Part shown: positions 24,606 to 36,690 of the stretch, in pieces
How positions within the stretch are numbered: the stretch's first letter is position 1
Layout: each line of letters opens with the position of its first letter
Assembly: GCF_006345805.1 (NCBI RefSeq)
Contig: NC_043002.1
Span: forward strand, 11,408,001 to 11,472,000
DNA: 64,000 nucleotides
Direction of reading: 5' to 3'
From: Octopus sinensis
Lineage: Eukaryota
Notes under the pieces: generated by a model
Database searches by the model: none
The model's input: only the letters and a program-made list of their open reading frames with translations
What the model was told of the DNA's origin: nothing
Position numbers and translations under genes: made by a program

Positions 24606-24788
24606 GGTTTCGGTAGTCACTACACACATTTTTTTCTCTCCTTGTTTCTTTCTGTATTCCTTTCTGTAGAAGAGCGTAGGCTCGAAACGTAAAAGACTTT
24701 TTTCTATTCCTGAGCGTTATACTAATACATCTGTTTGTTTTCTACACCACCTGTCTTCGTCTTTTGTTTTTTTCGTGAATTCTCCCCC
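24606..24788 (+). mobile_element. Hammerhead-like repeat family H2 (copy 1, in (TA)n)
   Basis: Motif 24660-24695 reads CUUU-CUGUAGA-A-GAGC(GUAG)GCUC-GAAAC-GUA-AAAG. Confidence 0.75.
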
Positions 24789-24834
24789 TATATATATATG
24801 TGTGTGTGTGTGTGGTATATATATTATATATTTT

Positions 24835-25006
24835 TTTTTTTTCTCTCCTTCTTTCTGTGTTTTTCTCTCTCTGTGTATCTTTCTGTTGAAGAGCGTAGGC
24901 CGAAACGTTAAAGACTTGTTTATTTATATTCCTGAGCGCCATACTAATACAATTGTTCGTTTGTTTTCCACCTGCCTTCGTCTTTGTATTTTTCATAAAG
25001 CTTCCG

Positions 25007-25010
<4 letters not shown>
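24835..25010 (+). mobile_element. H2 copy 2
   Basis: Motif 24879-24913 reads CUUU-CUGUUGA-A-GAGCGUAGGCC-GAAAC-GUU-AAAG. Confidence 0.72.
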
Positions 25011-25086
<76 letters not shown>

Positions 25087-25109
25087 CGAGATGTGCTTAA
25101 AGTTTCTGG

Positions 25110-25280
25110 CTTTGGATATAAAAGAAAATACCGGAGGATCAGCTCATGGATTTTATTCAACCCATTCCTCTCACAGATTCACACATATTGTAGCAGTTTT
25201 CTAAGCCCTGTAAAAGAACTCGGAAGTTTGGGCCTTTTGCGACGCCCTTAAAGCTAGGAACCCTCTTGTAAGATTTTTCG
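25110..25280 (-). mobile_element. Short mariner-derived element fragment
   Basis: Homologous to 26897-27110 and 49605-49815. Confidence 0.6.
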
Positions 25281-25355
25281 TAATGAATTTTTGAAGTTGT
25301 TTAAAGACTTTGTGCATATCCAGTATATACATACATATTTGTACACACACACACA

Positions 25356-25387
<32 letters not shown>

Positions 25388-26244
25388 GTATATATATACA
25401 TACATATAAACAGCTCCTCCCACAGTTTTGTCAAGTAGTACTTTCATCACTACCACCACCGCCGCCTCCTCCACATACATTGGTATGCTCCCGTGTTCAT
25501 ACCTCTCCCTCCCTCCCTCTCTCTTCATGCTTGTTGTTTCTCTGAGCCTTGCCTCCCTTCACATTGCTCCTCTCCCCACAACCGGCACCTCCCCTTCACA
25601 TCAACACATAACTCTCTCTCATTGTTTCTGTCTTATCTCCAACAACACCACCACCACCACCACAGTCACTACTGCCGCCCTTTCCCCTACCAACTCTATA
25701 CGCTTGCCTCTTTTCACCCTCTCACTTTTCTTCTCATACTTTTTCCACCAACACTCCCCTTCTTTTTCTCTCCCTCTTTCTCTTTCCCCTCTCTCTCTCT
25801 CTCTTACTCTCTCCCTCTACCTCTCACACTCGTCACTATTTGACGTTCAGCTGATATTATTCAGCTGACAGCGCCGTGACAAGTTTATATCGAGAGAAGT
25901 GACTACGTTGCTATTTCACATTTATTCTTTACCGAAATTTCCGATATTGGAATCTCTTGTCAAGCAAGTATGAACATCTATCTAGCACAATATTTTTTGA
26001 ACTTTATATATACATCCCGCTATACTTACACGAAACTTTGTAACTTATTACTTTTCATAAGACATATTTTGCTGTCTCTTAATTACACATTAAACGTAAT
26101 GTCAAAGATTAATGTGTTTATTTTTACGAAAGGCCGTTGCTGTGCGAATATAAACAATTATAGCAATAATGAAAGTCGGGTTTAAGTTTTGGCATTCTAA
26201 TATGAAACAACATATTCACGGAACATTCGCTTGTTTCTCACGAA

Positions 26245-26299
26245 TCATGTATTGTATGTATGTATGTATGTATGTATGTATGTATGTATGTATGTATGC

Positions 26300-26383
<84 letters not shown>

Positions 26384-26484
26384 CTATCTATCTATCTATC
26401 TACGCATGTATATATGTATCTATCTACGCATGTATATATGTATATATGTATCTATCTACGCATGTATATATGTATATTTCTACG

Positions 26485-26539
<55 letters not shown>

Positions 26540-26587
26540 CAGCATGGCCACAGCTCATGAGCTGAAACTAGAATCAATCAATCATTA

Positions 26588-26623
<36 letters not shown>

Positions 26624-26764
26624 TGTATCTATCTATCTACGTATGTATGTATGTATGTATCTATCTACGAAAAATATATTTATGTATCTACGCATGTATG
26701 TATGTATGTATGTATCTACGCATGTATGTATCTATCTACGCATGTATGCATCTGTCTACCTACT

Positions 26765-26814
<50 letters not shown>

Positions 26815-26896
26815 CCTGTCTGTTTGCCTGCCTGTCTGTCTACCTGTTTGTTTACCTGTCTGTCTGTCTGTCTCTCTACCTGTCTGTCTACCTACC
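26245..26896. repeat. Compound tetranucleotide microsatellites (ATGT)n, (ATCT)n, (TGTC)n with (TA)n
   Basis: Directly visible. Confidence 0.95.
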
Positions 26897-27110
26897 TATG
26901 AGGGGATGCTGAAAAGTTCCCGGCCTTGGCTAAACGAAATTACAGGATGATCAGTCAATTATCATTTTATTGAACATATTCCCCTCTCAGATCCACACAC
27001 TTATTGCAGCAGTCCTTCAGTTTTTCTCTAACCTGTAAAAGAACTCGGCATGTTGGGCCACGAACCAGGCCTTTCGCGACACCCTTAAAGACAGGAATCT
27101 TTCAACCATC
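26897..27110 (-). mobile_element. Short mariner-derived element (MITE-like)
   Basis: TIR-like tatgaggggatgctgaaaagttcc. The minus strand carries a mariner C-terminal remnant (KLKDCCNKCVDLRGEYV-like). Confidence 0.65.
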
Positions 27111-27157
27111 CCTTGTATGTTTATATGTATATCTCTCTCCCTCTTCTTTATTATTAA

Positions 27158-27361
27158 GGCGGCGAGCTGGCAGAAACGTCAGCACGCCGGGCGAAATGCT
27201 TTGCGGTGTTTCGTCTGTCGTTACGTTCTCAGTTCAAATTCCGCCGAGGCCGACTTTGCCTTTCATCCTCTCGGGGTCGATAAATAAAGTACCAGTTACG
27301 CACTGGGTCTGTCCTTGTTTGTCCCCTCTATGTTTAACCCCTTGTGGGTAATAAAGAAATA
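27158..27361 (+). mobile_element. SINE B with internal deletion
   Basis: B head, core and tail are present; the gtcgatgtaatcgac segment is missing. Confidence 0.85.
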
Positions 27362-28065
27362 ATTATTATTATGAGCACTAAGCAGCCATTTTCCATATCG
27401 TCTGTCGCTCTGTCGGTCTCTTTCTAGCTGTCTGTCTGCCTGTCTCGCTGACTGCCTGTGTGCCTGCGCGTCTTCTCACTGCCTACCTTGACAACTGTTT
27501 GTCTCTCAACTTCCCTGTCTGGTTGTCTGTCTCTATGCCTACCTGACTGTCTATGACCCTTATAGGTATTACGTCTTTCGCGTGCTTTGAACTGCAAAAC
27601 AATCCTGGAACTTTTTTCTAAAAGCTTGCATTAATCTCAGTATCCAATGAGTACTGGGATCGATTCATGCTGCTAAAAGTTCTACAAGGCGGTGCCCTAA
27701 CATGGCCGCAGTCTGATAACTGAAACAAGTGACACAAAAAAAAACGTTGAAAGATATATAACGTCATATTAGATCCGTGACAACCTGTCTTATTCTTCGT
27801 TAGAATGAAGAATAACTCCTCTTGAAGTACTTTCACTTAGACAGAACGACATTCTGTGTCACCACAATCCCTAATTCCACACACGCACGCACGCGCATTT
27901 ATATTGGCGTGGTGGCTGTGTTGTAAGAGAGTTTGTTCCCCAACCACATGGTTCCGGGTTCAGCTCCGGGTGTCTTCCATCATAGCCACGAGCCGAACAA
28001 AATCTTGTGAGTGGATTTGCTAGACGGAAACTGGAAGAACCTCGTCGTGTGTATGTGTGTGTATA

Positions 28066-28104
<39 letters not shown>

Positions 28105-28109
<5 letters not shown>

Positions 28110-28280
28110 TTACTTGTTTCAGTCATTTGACTGCGGCCATGCTGGAGCACTGCCTTTAGTCGAGCAAATCGACCCCAGGACTTATTCTTTGTAAGTCTAG
28201 TACTTATTTTATCGATGTATTTTGCCGAACCGTTAAGTTACGGGGACGTAACACACCAGTATCGGTTGAGAAGTGATATT

Positions 28281-28336
<56 letters not shown>

Positions 28337-28484
28337 TATATACGAGAGGCTTCTTTTCAGTTTCCGTCTACTAAATTCACTCACAAGGCTTTGGTCGGCC
28401 CGAAGCTATTGTAGAAGACACTTGCCCCAAATGCCACCATGTGGCTGGTAAGCAAGCTACTTACCACATAGCCACTCCTGCGCC
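28105..28484 (-). mobile_element. SINE A
   Basis: Consensus match with a small internal deletion. Confidence 0.88.
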
Positions 28485-28521
<37 letters not shown>

Positions 28522-28829
28522 GCGTCTTTGTGTCTGTTTTCTGCCAGCGCTTGATAACCAGCGTTGGTGTGTTTACGTCGCTTTAACGTTGTGGTTCGAC
28601 AAAAGGAGTCGATAAAATAAGTACCAGACTTAAAGTAAAGGTACTGAAATCGATTCATTCGACTAAAATCCAAAGCAGTGCTCCAGCATGACTACAGTCT
28701 AACAACTGAGACATGTAAAAGATACAAAAAGAGTTTGTTTTTTTTCTACACCTACACCATCAGGCCTTGAGCACTCCTTTCCCATTCTTGTGTCATGAAG
28801 GAATGTACCTATGTGTATACAAAGCGTGG

Positions 28830-29185
28830 TTGACACACAAGGTAAGAGCGCAGTTTTGATTCAAGTGTCTCCCTAATGTTTAATATAGGGTGTTCAAAAC
28901 ATCTCTCCAAAGTGAATTTTTTTTTCGGTGAACGGATTACTTCAAATGGAATTTGGCCACCAAAATCACCTGATTTTACACCGATTTTTTTATTTTTACT
29001 GGGGAGCAAGTAAAGGTTTAGTGTACAAGAATCGACTGAAAACCATTAATGAGCTAAAATACACAATCATAACCTTCACACAGGTCCATATTGTGTCAGA
29101 CACTTCAATATGTATTTCAAAACATGTTTAGAAGTCAACTTACGTATGAAAATAAAGGACGACACTTTCAACATCTTTTAAAGTC
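28830..29185 (+). mobile_element. Tc1/mariner-superfamily transposase C-terminal remnant
   Basis: Translation GIWPPKSPDFTP...WGASKGLVYKNRLKTINELK...NKGRHFQHLL. Confidence 0.65.
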
Positions 29186-29523
29186 TAATGCATCTTTTTA
29201 TAGTCACATACCATCTTATAAATATTTATTTTGCAATAAAATACTGCGGAGAGACTTTTTGAACATTGTGTATTATACGCTTTCTCTTTACTCTTTTACT
29301 TGTTTCAGTCATTTGACTGCGGCCATGCTGGAGTACCGCCTTTAGTTGAGCAAATCAACCCCAGGACTTATTCTTTGTAAGCCTAGTACTTATTCTATCG
29401 GTCTCTTTTGCCGAACCGCTAGGTTACGGGGACGTAAACATACCACTATAAACAACAGCATCATCCCCTAGGGGTCCGCCACATTTAGGTGGAAATCATA
29501 TTTCACGATTCCCTGCTACTACT

Positions 29524-29554
<31 letters not shown>

Positions 29555-29578
29555 GCGCAAAATTAAATTGCTGAACGA

Positions 29579-29795
29579 TTCAATATGTGACCGCGTGTGT
29601 ATCGTTGGTGATTGATTTTCCTCCGTCTTCCCTTCTTTGGATCTTTCCTTTTCCTATGTTTCTGACGAAGAGCTCCGCTCGAAACGTTAAATCCTCCTTC
29701 TTCCTTACCTTTCCTGAGTGCCCAATAGCACAATACTTGTTCCACGTCCTCGTGTTGTTATGTTTTCTCTTTGTGTTTTCATGTTTGGATAATTG
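29579..29795 (+). mobile_element. H1 copy with intact hammerhead core
   Basis: About 215-bp family member lying between (TA)n tracts. Confidence 0.8.
29658..29692 (+). ncRNA. Predicted minimal type I hammerhead ribozyme
   Basis: GUUU-CUGACGA-A-GAG(CUCCG)CUC-GAAAC-GUU/AAAU; predicted cleavage after 29688. Confidence 0.65.
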
Positions 29796-29796
29796 C

Positions 29797-29852
<56 letters not shown>

Positions 29853-29867
29853 TATATGTATATAAGA

Positions 29868-30022
29868 ATACAAAAAAAATGGAACAAGTACGCAACGGGT
29901 GACAACGAAACATCCAGACAGTTAGATGATACAAAAGGGACAAGAAAACACAAGGACGAGTCATTCGGAGTTTTCTTTTCTCAGTCGAGTTCCTGATCAT
30001 CTTCGCAGTTTCGGCTGGTTAT
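29868..30022 (-). mobile_element. Unclassified (TA)n-abutting repeat family H4
   Basis: Homologous to 40482-40650 and 24444-24565 (ccagccgaaat...ctccgaatgactcg...cttgtcccattttg). Confidence 0.6.
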
Positions 30023-30404
30023 AGGAGAATATGACTATTATTTAACATAACGACCATATCAAGTGGCCAGCATGGAAAAAAAAACAAACAAACTTATAAT
30101 TATTATACATGCATAATATAATTTTTATTGAGGGTACCGAAGAGGAACCAATATGCAAGAAATGACAGTCAAAACTAATTCTAAAACCACATCATGTATT
30201 TATATAGCACAGGTGAAAAGATGAAGGAACAAAGAAATAAGCAGAAATCGTCGACATGGAGTTAACCATTCAGTGTTTGCTAATTTCTTTGGTCATTTAT
30301 CTTATCACCTGTGATATATGAATGCATGATGTAGTTTTAGTCAGTTTTGACTGCAAGAGCTGGCTTGGTGGTGCGTCTTCGGAACTCTTAATTATATATC
30401 TAAA

Positions 30405-30712
30405 TCTATATATGATAAATATACATATATATTATGATATATATATGTATATATGACATATTAGGATATATATTTATGTATATATGACATATTAGGATAT
30501 ATATATATATATGTATGTATATATGACATATTAAGATACATATATTTGTATATTTGACATATATTATGATATACATACATATATGTATATGACATATATA
30601 TTATGATATATGTATATGACATATATATTATGATAAATGTATATATGACATATATTATGATATATGTATATATGATATATATATTATGATATATGTATAT
30701 ATGACATATAAA
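30405..30712. repeat. (TA)-rich minisatellite, unit ~GTATATATGACATATATATAT (left block)
   Basis: Directly visible; same unit as 31752-33555. Confidence 0.9.
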
Positions 30713-31748
30713 CTTAGACTTAGATAAACTTAGACATGTTTCGACCAAAGATTGGTCCAGGCCATGTCTAACTTAATAGCACCATCTGATAGGATTATTC
30801 GAATCCTGTTTGAGTCAAGTTTTGTTTATGGTCCATTCAAGTAGTGAGTTCTTGTTGAGTGAGTTGTATCCAATTATGGGTGGCTTATCTGGTATTCTTT
30901 GAAGGAATCTATCCAGACTCCGTTTGAAGTTGATGGGATCCTTTTCCTCTTTGATCTCCCTCGGGGCAATGTTAAATAGGGCAGGGCCTGTTGAGGAAAA
31001 GAAATTATGTTGCAGTGTACATGTATGTTGTGATCTTGAATTGGGCAGGGGACGTATGGCCCGTGGTCCCAGTCTTAGATGAACCTTGAAGTAATGTTAG
31101 GTCGTTTGGGCAAAGTTGGCGGTATATTCTCCACATCGTACAGATGATGTACGCTCACGGCGACGCTGGAGGGAGTAAAGTTTCAAGGCTTTAAAGCGAT
31201 TCCATAATCGAGAGCAGCCATGCCTTCAATTCGTTTAGTGAGTGCTTTCTGGGGGACTCATCCTGGAGATGTTTTATCTTGTATGGGGAGACCACAGTGG
31301 GCAGCAGTATTCAATGTGTGGCCGTACAAAGGAGGAGAAAAGTTGTATGATGACACCTTGTTCTCTGGACCGGAAGTTCTTAGATCCAGGAACTCATCCT
31401 ACAGCTATATCGACCTTCTTGTTGATGTGTGCACTCCAACTGAGATCGTCATCAACAATTACACCCAGGTCTCTGATATTGTTAGAGGCTGTGAGCGGTT
31501 CCCCTGAAGAAGAGAGTATGGCTGTTTTAGTGAGGAATTTCTTTCAAAATGCATCAGCTCAAATTTTCCCTCATTCAGTTGTATTTTGTTTCTGTCTGCC
31601 CATTGACTCAAAGCATATAGATCAGACTGGAGTTGAGTTCGGTCTGTTCTTCATTGACGATTTGCTGGAGCTTAGTGTCACCAGCAAATATTTTCACTTT
31701 GCAGTAATGTATGACACTGGAAAGGTCGTTTATGTAAATTATGAAGAG
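30713..31748 (-). mobile_element. 5'-truncated CR1-group LINE (LINE-b), RT C-terminal half and 3' end
   Basis: LFIIYINDL...KIFAGDTKL...LGVIVDDDLSWSAHI...VRPHIEYCCPLWSP...LKLYSLQRRRER...GPALFN...RIPDKP...NKNSLLEW, then a stem-loop and (CTAAGT)n-type tail. Multiple frameshifts. Confidence 0.9.
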
Positions 31749-31751
31749 TAA

Positions 31752-31881
31752 TATATTATGATATATATGTATATATGACATATATATATGTTATATTATA
31801 TATATATATATATGTATATATGACATATATATATATATGTATAATGACATATATATATATATATATATATGTATATATGAC

Positions 31882-31913
<32 letters not shown>

Positions 31914-32335
31914 GACATATATATATATGTATATATGACATATATGTATATATGACATTATCTATATATGAATTATATATATATATATAGTATATATGAC
32001 ATATATATATATATGTATATTGACATATATATGTATATATGACATATATATGTATATATGACATATATATGTATATATGACATATATATGTATATATGAC
32101 ATAATATGTATATATGACATATATATATATGTATATATGACATAATATATATATGTATATATGACATATAATAGATATGTATATATGACATATATATATA
32201 TATATGTATATGCACATATATATATATATATGTATATATGACTATATATATGTATATATGACATATATATATATATATATATATGTAATATGACATATAT
32301 ATTACATATATATATATATATATATATGTATATAT

Positions 32336-32380
<45 letters not shown>

Positions 32381-32618
32381 GACCTATATATATATATATG
32401 TATATATGACATATATATATATGACATATATATATATATATATATATATGACATAATTATATATATATATATATATGACATATATATATATATATAGACA
32501 TCTATATATAATATATGAATTATATATATATGACATATATATAATATATGACATATATATATATATGACATATATATATATCATATATATATATATGACA
32601 TATATATATATATATGAC

Positions 32619-32650
<32 letters not shown>

Positions 32651-32799
32651 GACATATATATATATATATGACAGATATATATATTATATATGTATATATG
32701 ACATATATATTATATGTATATATGACATATATATATATATATATATATATTTATGTATATATATATATATATGTATATATGACAATATATATATATGAC

Positions 32800-32835
<36 letters not shown>

Positions 32836-32862
32836 GTATATATGACATATATAATATATGAC

Positions 32863-32895
<33 letters not shown>

Positions 32896-33555
32896 GTATA
32901 TATATAATATATGTATATATATATATATGATATATATATATATATGTATATATGACATATATATAATATGACATATATATATATATGACATATATATATA
33001 ATATATGACATAATATATATATGTATATATGACATATATATATATGTATATATGACATATATATATATGTATATATGACATATATATATATGTATATGAC
33101 ATATATATATATATATATGACATATATATATATGTATATATGACAATAATATATATGTATATATAATATGTATATATGACATATTATATATATATGTATA
33201 TATGACATATATATATATATGTATATATGACATATATATATATATATGTATATATGACATATATATATGTATATATGACATATATATATTATATGTATAT
33301 ATGACATATATATATGTATATATGACATATATATATGTATATGACATATATATATGTATATATGACATATATATATATATGTATATATGACATATATATA
33401 TATATGTATATATGACATATATATATATATGTATATATGACATATATATATGTATTTATATGTATATATATATATATATATTATGATATATATGTATATA
33501 TGGCATATATATATATATATATATATGTATATATGACGTATATATTATGATATAT
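31752..33555. repeat. (TA)-rich minisatellite with recurring TGAC (main block, ~1.8 kb)
   Basis: Directly visible. Confidence 0.95.
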
Positions 33556-33896
33556 ATGTGTAGACTGTATCTTGAAATAATGGCATGAAATTCAATATTA
33601 AAAAAACACCTCACGAATCTATGTCTAAAATAGTATTGTATTAAAAATCTGTGTAAATAAATGAAAATTGACAGTTTGAAAATTTGTTAATTAATGCATC
33701 TTACTATCGTTTCACGACAGTATTGTCAATATAATGGAATCCATTGTTGATACACATTGATAGGCAATATATATAATCGCTCGTATTAATGTCTAAATAC
33801 TTTATAGTATTAATTTTTTGACATTTTATACAAATAGCACTTATTACAAATTCAGTGTATAATATTCTAACAAATTTATATTTATTAATGATTTAA

Positions 33897-33960
<64 letters not shown>

Positions 33961-33997
33961 GTATGTATAAATATATTGTGATATAATACAAGTATGT

Positions 33998-34332
33998 GAA
34001 GGCGCCTGACTCAGTGGGTAGAGCGTCGAGCTTATGATCGTAAGGTTGTGAGTTCGAATCCCAGATCGGGCTGCGTGTTGTTCTTGAGCAAGACACTTTA
34101 TTTCACGTTGCTCCAGTTCACTCAGCTGTAGAAATGAGTTACGACGTCACAGATGCCAAGCTGTATCGGCCCCTTTGCTTTACCCTTGGATAACACTGGT
34201 GGCGTGGGGAGGGAGGGGCCGGTATGCATGGGCGACTGCTGGTCTTCCATAAACATCCTTGCCTGGACTTGTTTCTGGAAGGGTAACTTTCTAGGTGCAA
34301 TCCCATGGTCAGTCATAACCGAAGGGGTTCTC
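33998..34332 (+). mobile_element. SINE family C (tRNA head + CORE-like middle)
   Basis: gaaggcgcctgactcagtgggtagagcg...gagttcgaatccc, then gttcttgagcaagacactttatttcacgttgctccagttcactcagctgtagaaatgag; inserted in a GATATATATACAAGTATATATATT minisatellite. Confidence 0.88.
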
Positions 34333-34344
34333 AGCATATACAAT

Positions 34345-34690
34345 TATATATTGTGATATATATATAAGTATATATATTGTGATATATATACAAGTATATA
34401 TATCGTGATATATATACAAGTATATATATTATGATATATATACAAGTATATATATATTGATATATATACAAGTATATATATTGATATATATACAAGTATA
34501 TATATTATGATATATATACAAGTATATATATTATATATACAAGTATATATTATATAATACATATATTTTATGATATATGCACATACATACATATATTTTA
34601 TGATATATACACATATATACATATATTTTATGATATATACACTTATAAATATATGTATATATGATATATGTATATAAGATATACATATAT
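34345..34690. repeat. ~24-bp AT-rich minisatellite
   Basis: Repeats of gatatatatacaagtatatatatt. Confidence 0.85.
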
Positions 34691-34691
34691 A

Positions 34692-35276
34692 CAGGGGTTG
34701 GACAACATAATGGAAACACCTTAAAATTTTAACAAATTTATTTTAATATGGAGTATAACCGCCTTTGGTAGTAATTACAGCTTGAATTCTACGAGGTTTG
34801 GACTCGTTCAAAGTTTGAATTTTTTCCAAAGGAATTTTTGTCCATTCTTCAGCTAAAAGAGTCTCCAGTTCTTGTAGTGATGATGGTGCAGGATACCGAC
34901 TCTTTACTTGTTTTTCTAAAATGCAACATAAATGTTCAATAATATTGAGATCTAGGGATTGTGGTGGCCAGATAAGATGTTCAACTTCACTAGGATGTTC
35001 CTCATGCCATTCAGTAACAACTTTAGCTGTGTGAATAGTTTTTCCAACTGTTAAACATGGAGGATCTGTGATGATCTGGGGGTCATATCTTGAAAATCCG
35101 CCAGTCCAATGGTTTCCCCTTCAAGGCAGAATTTATCTGATCAAATTCATCATATGGTTGCAGAATTGTATCCAGAGGGAAACTCAATCTTTCAGGATAA
35201 TAATGCCCCTATTCACACAGCTAAAGTTGTTACTGAATGGCATGAGGAACATTCTAGTGAAATTGAACATCTTTCC
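34692..35276. mobile_element. Tc1 (DD34E-type) remnant with internal inversion
   Basis: TA-cagggg(t)tggacaacataatggaaacacc TIR. Minus strand WPPQSLDLNIIEHLC...GGYTPY. Plus strand TVKHGGSVMIWG...FQDNNAPIHTAKVV. Confidence 0.8.
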
Positions 35277-35672
35277 GGGCAGTCGACGGTCGTCCTGAAC
35301 GAGGTTGATCTTTAACGAGCAAGTGACTATTCATAAAGCGAGGAAGCGACTCGTAAACTTGTTTTGTCCATGGCAGCGTCCTTGTAATCTGTTCGAAACA
35401 TGGCAACTGTTTCGGCCGCCGTTTTCACAGCAGAAAACAGAATTTCAAGGAAGCGCGCTGTTTCTTCGTTTGAGCCAACGCAAAAATCTACGAATAGGGG
35501 AGAAGCACTGGAAAATAAAGACGCACCACATGGCAGTAGAAATACCGTCGACGACGCTGGTCAGCAGACTGATGGCTGAGGGTTGCATCAAGTGGCTTCT
35601 AACAGTGGAAGCCTGAGCTACAAAGGGTTTGTCCCACAGAGAACGTTTCCGCTTACATTTGGGTTCCCTTCG
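35277..35672 (-). mobile_element. Mariner 5' end (TIR, 5' UTR, N-terminal HTH)
   Basis: TA-cgaagggaaccc terminus; translation LKFCFLL(G)KTAAETVAMFRTDYKDAAMDK...DQPRSGRPST. Confidence 0.75.
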
Positions 35673-35754
<82 letters not shown>

Positions 35755-35758
<4 letters not shown>

Positions 35759-35915
35759 AGAATTCACGGAAAAAAGCAAGACGAAGACAGGTGATGTAGA
35801 AAACAAACAGATGTATTAGTATAACGCTCAGGAATTGGAAAAATCTTTTACATTTCGAGCCTACGCTCTTCCACAGAAAGAAACAAGGAGAGATAAAAAA
35901 AGTGTGTAGTGGCTA
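35755..35915 (-). mobile_element. H2 copy 3
   Basis: Motif 35845-35880 reads CUUU-CUGUGGA-A-GAGC/GCUC-GAAAU-GUA-AAAG; abuts (TA)n. Confidence 0.72.
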
Positions 35916-36187
35916 TACACCATGACCTCTTGGCTGAACCAGCTGTAAGAAACTATTCTAATTTCTATGTTCTACGGTTTATATTTTAATAATTACTGGT
36001 ATAATTATATATATAAGGCATGATCTGTTATACATGTATGTATATTATTATAATTGTTTTTTTTTAATAAATAAATAAATAAATAGACATAATATAATGT
36101 CTAAAAGTTGAATACCACTTCCTGATCCCCTCCATTTTCTTATTGCCGTACATACATAAAAACATATACGTACATACATACATACAT

Positions 36188-36276
<89 letters not shown>

Positions 36277-36281
36277 CATAC

Positions 36282-36337
<56 letters not shown>

Positions 36338-36340
<3 letters not shown>

Positions 36341-36690
36341 CAAAATAAGCAACAAGTATATCCGAGGTAATGTGGTACGATCGTTTCATGCTACTTCATT
36401 TTATTAAACACTGTAAGCATTACATCAGTTTTTAAATGTCGAGCAATCTTCAGCCCCCTTTAGCAATTTTCCAATCAAACGGACAATGCCCATTCTTATC
36501 CCTATTTCATTTCCCAACATTATAATGAGGCTAGATATACAGACAGAGATGTTGATTTCATTCTTAAGAACATGATAGCATTATCGCTTATTTTGATTGT
36601 AATCACCCCATGGATTTATATGGATAATACCATACACAATTCTGGTGCCTTTGACTTAAGTACCATATTCATCTGAATCTAAATTTTGTT
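36338..36690. repeat. Foldback family P, rearranged copy
   Basis: Segments homologous to 50430-50724 and 44330-44548. Confidence 0.65.

Noticed and set aside
30730-30775. Hairpin-GAAACAUGUC at the CR1 3' end resembling half a hammerhead
   Set aside because: There is no CUGANGA upstream; it is better explained as the LINE 3' recognition stem-loop.
31756-33443. Long ORFs (up to 244 aa) of YI/MSYI repeats, and similar ORFs in other TA/CA/TCTA tracts
   Set aside because: They are translations of microsatellites that lack stop codons in some frames; there is no coding signal.
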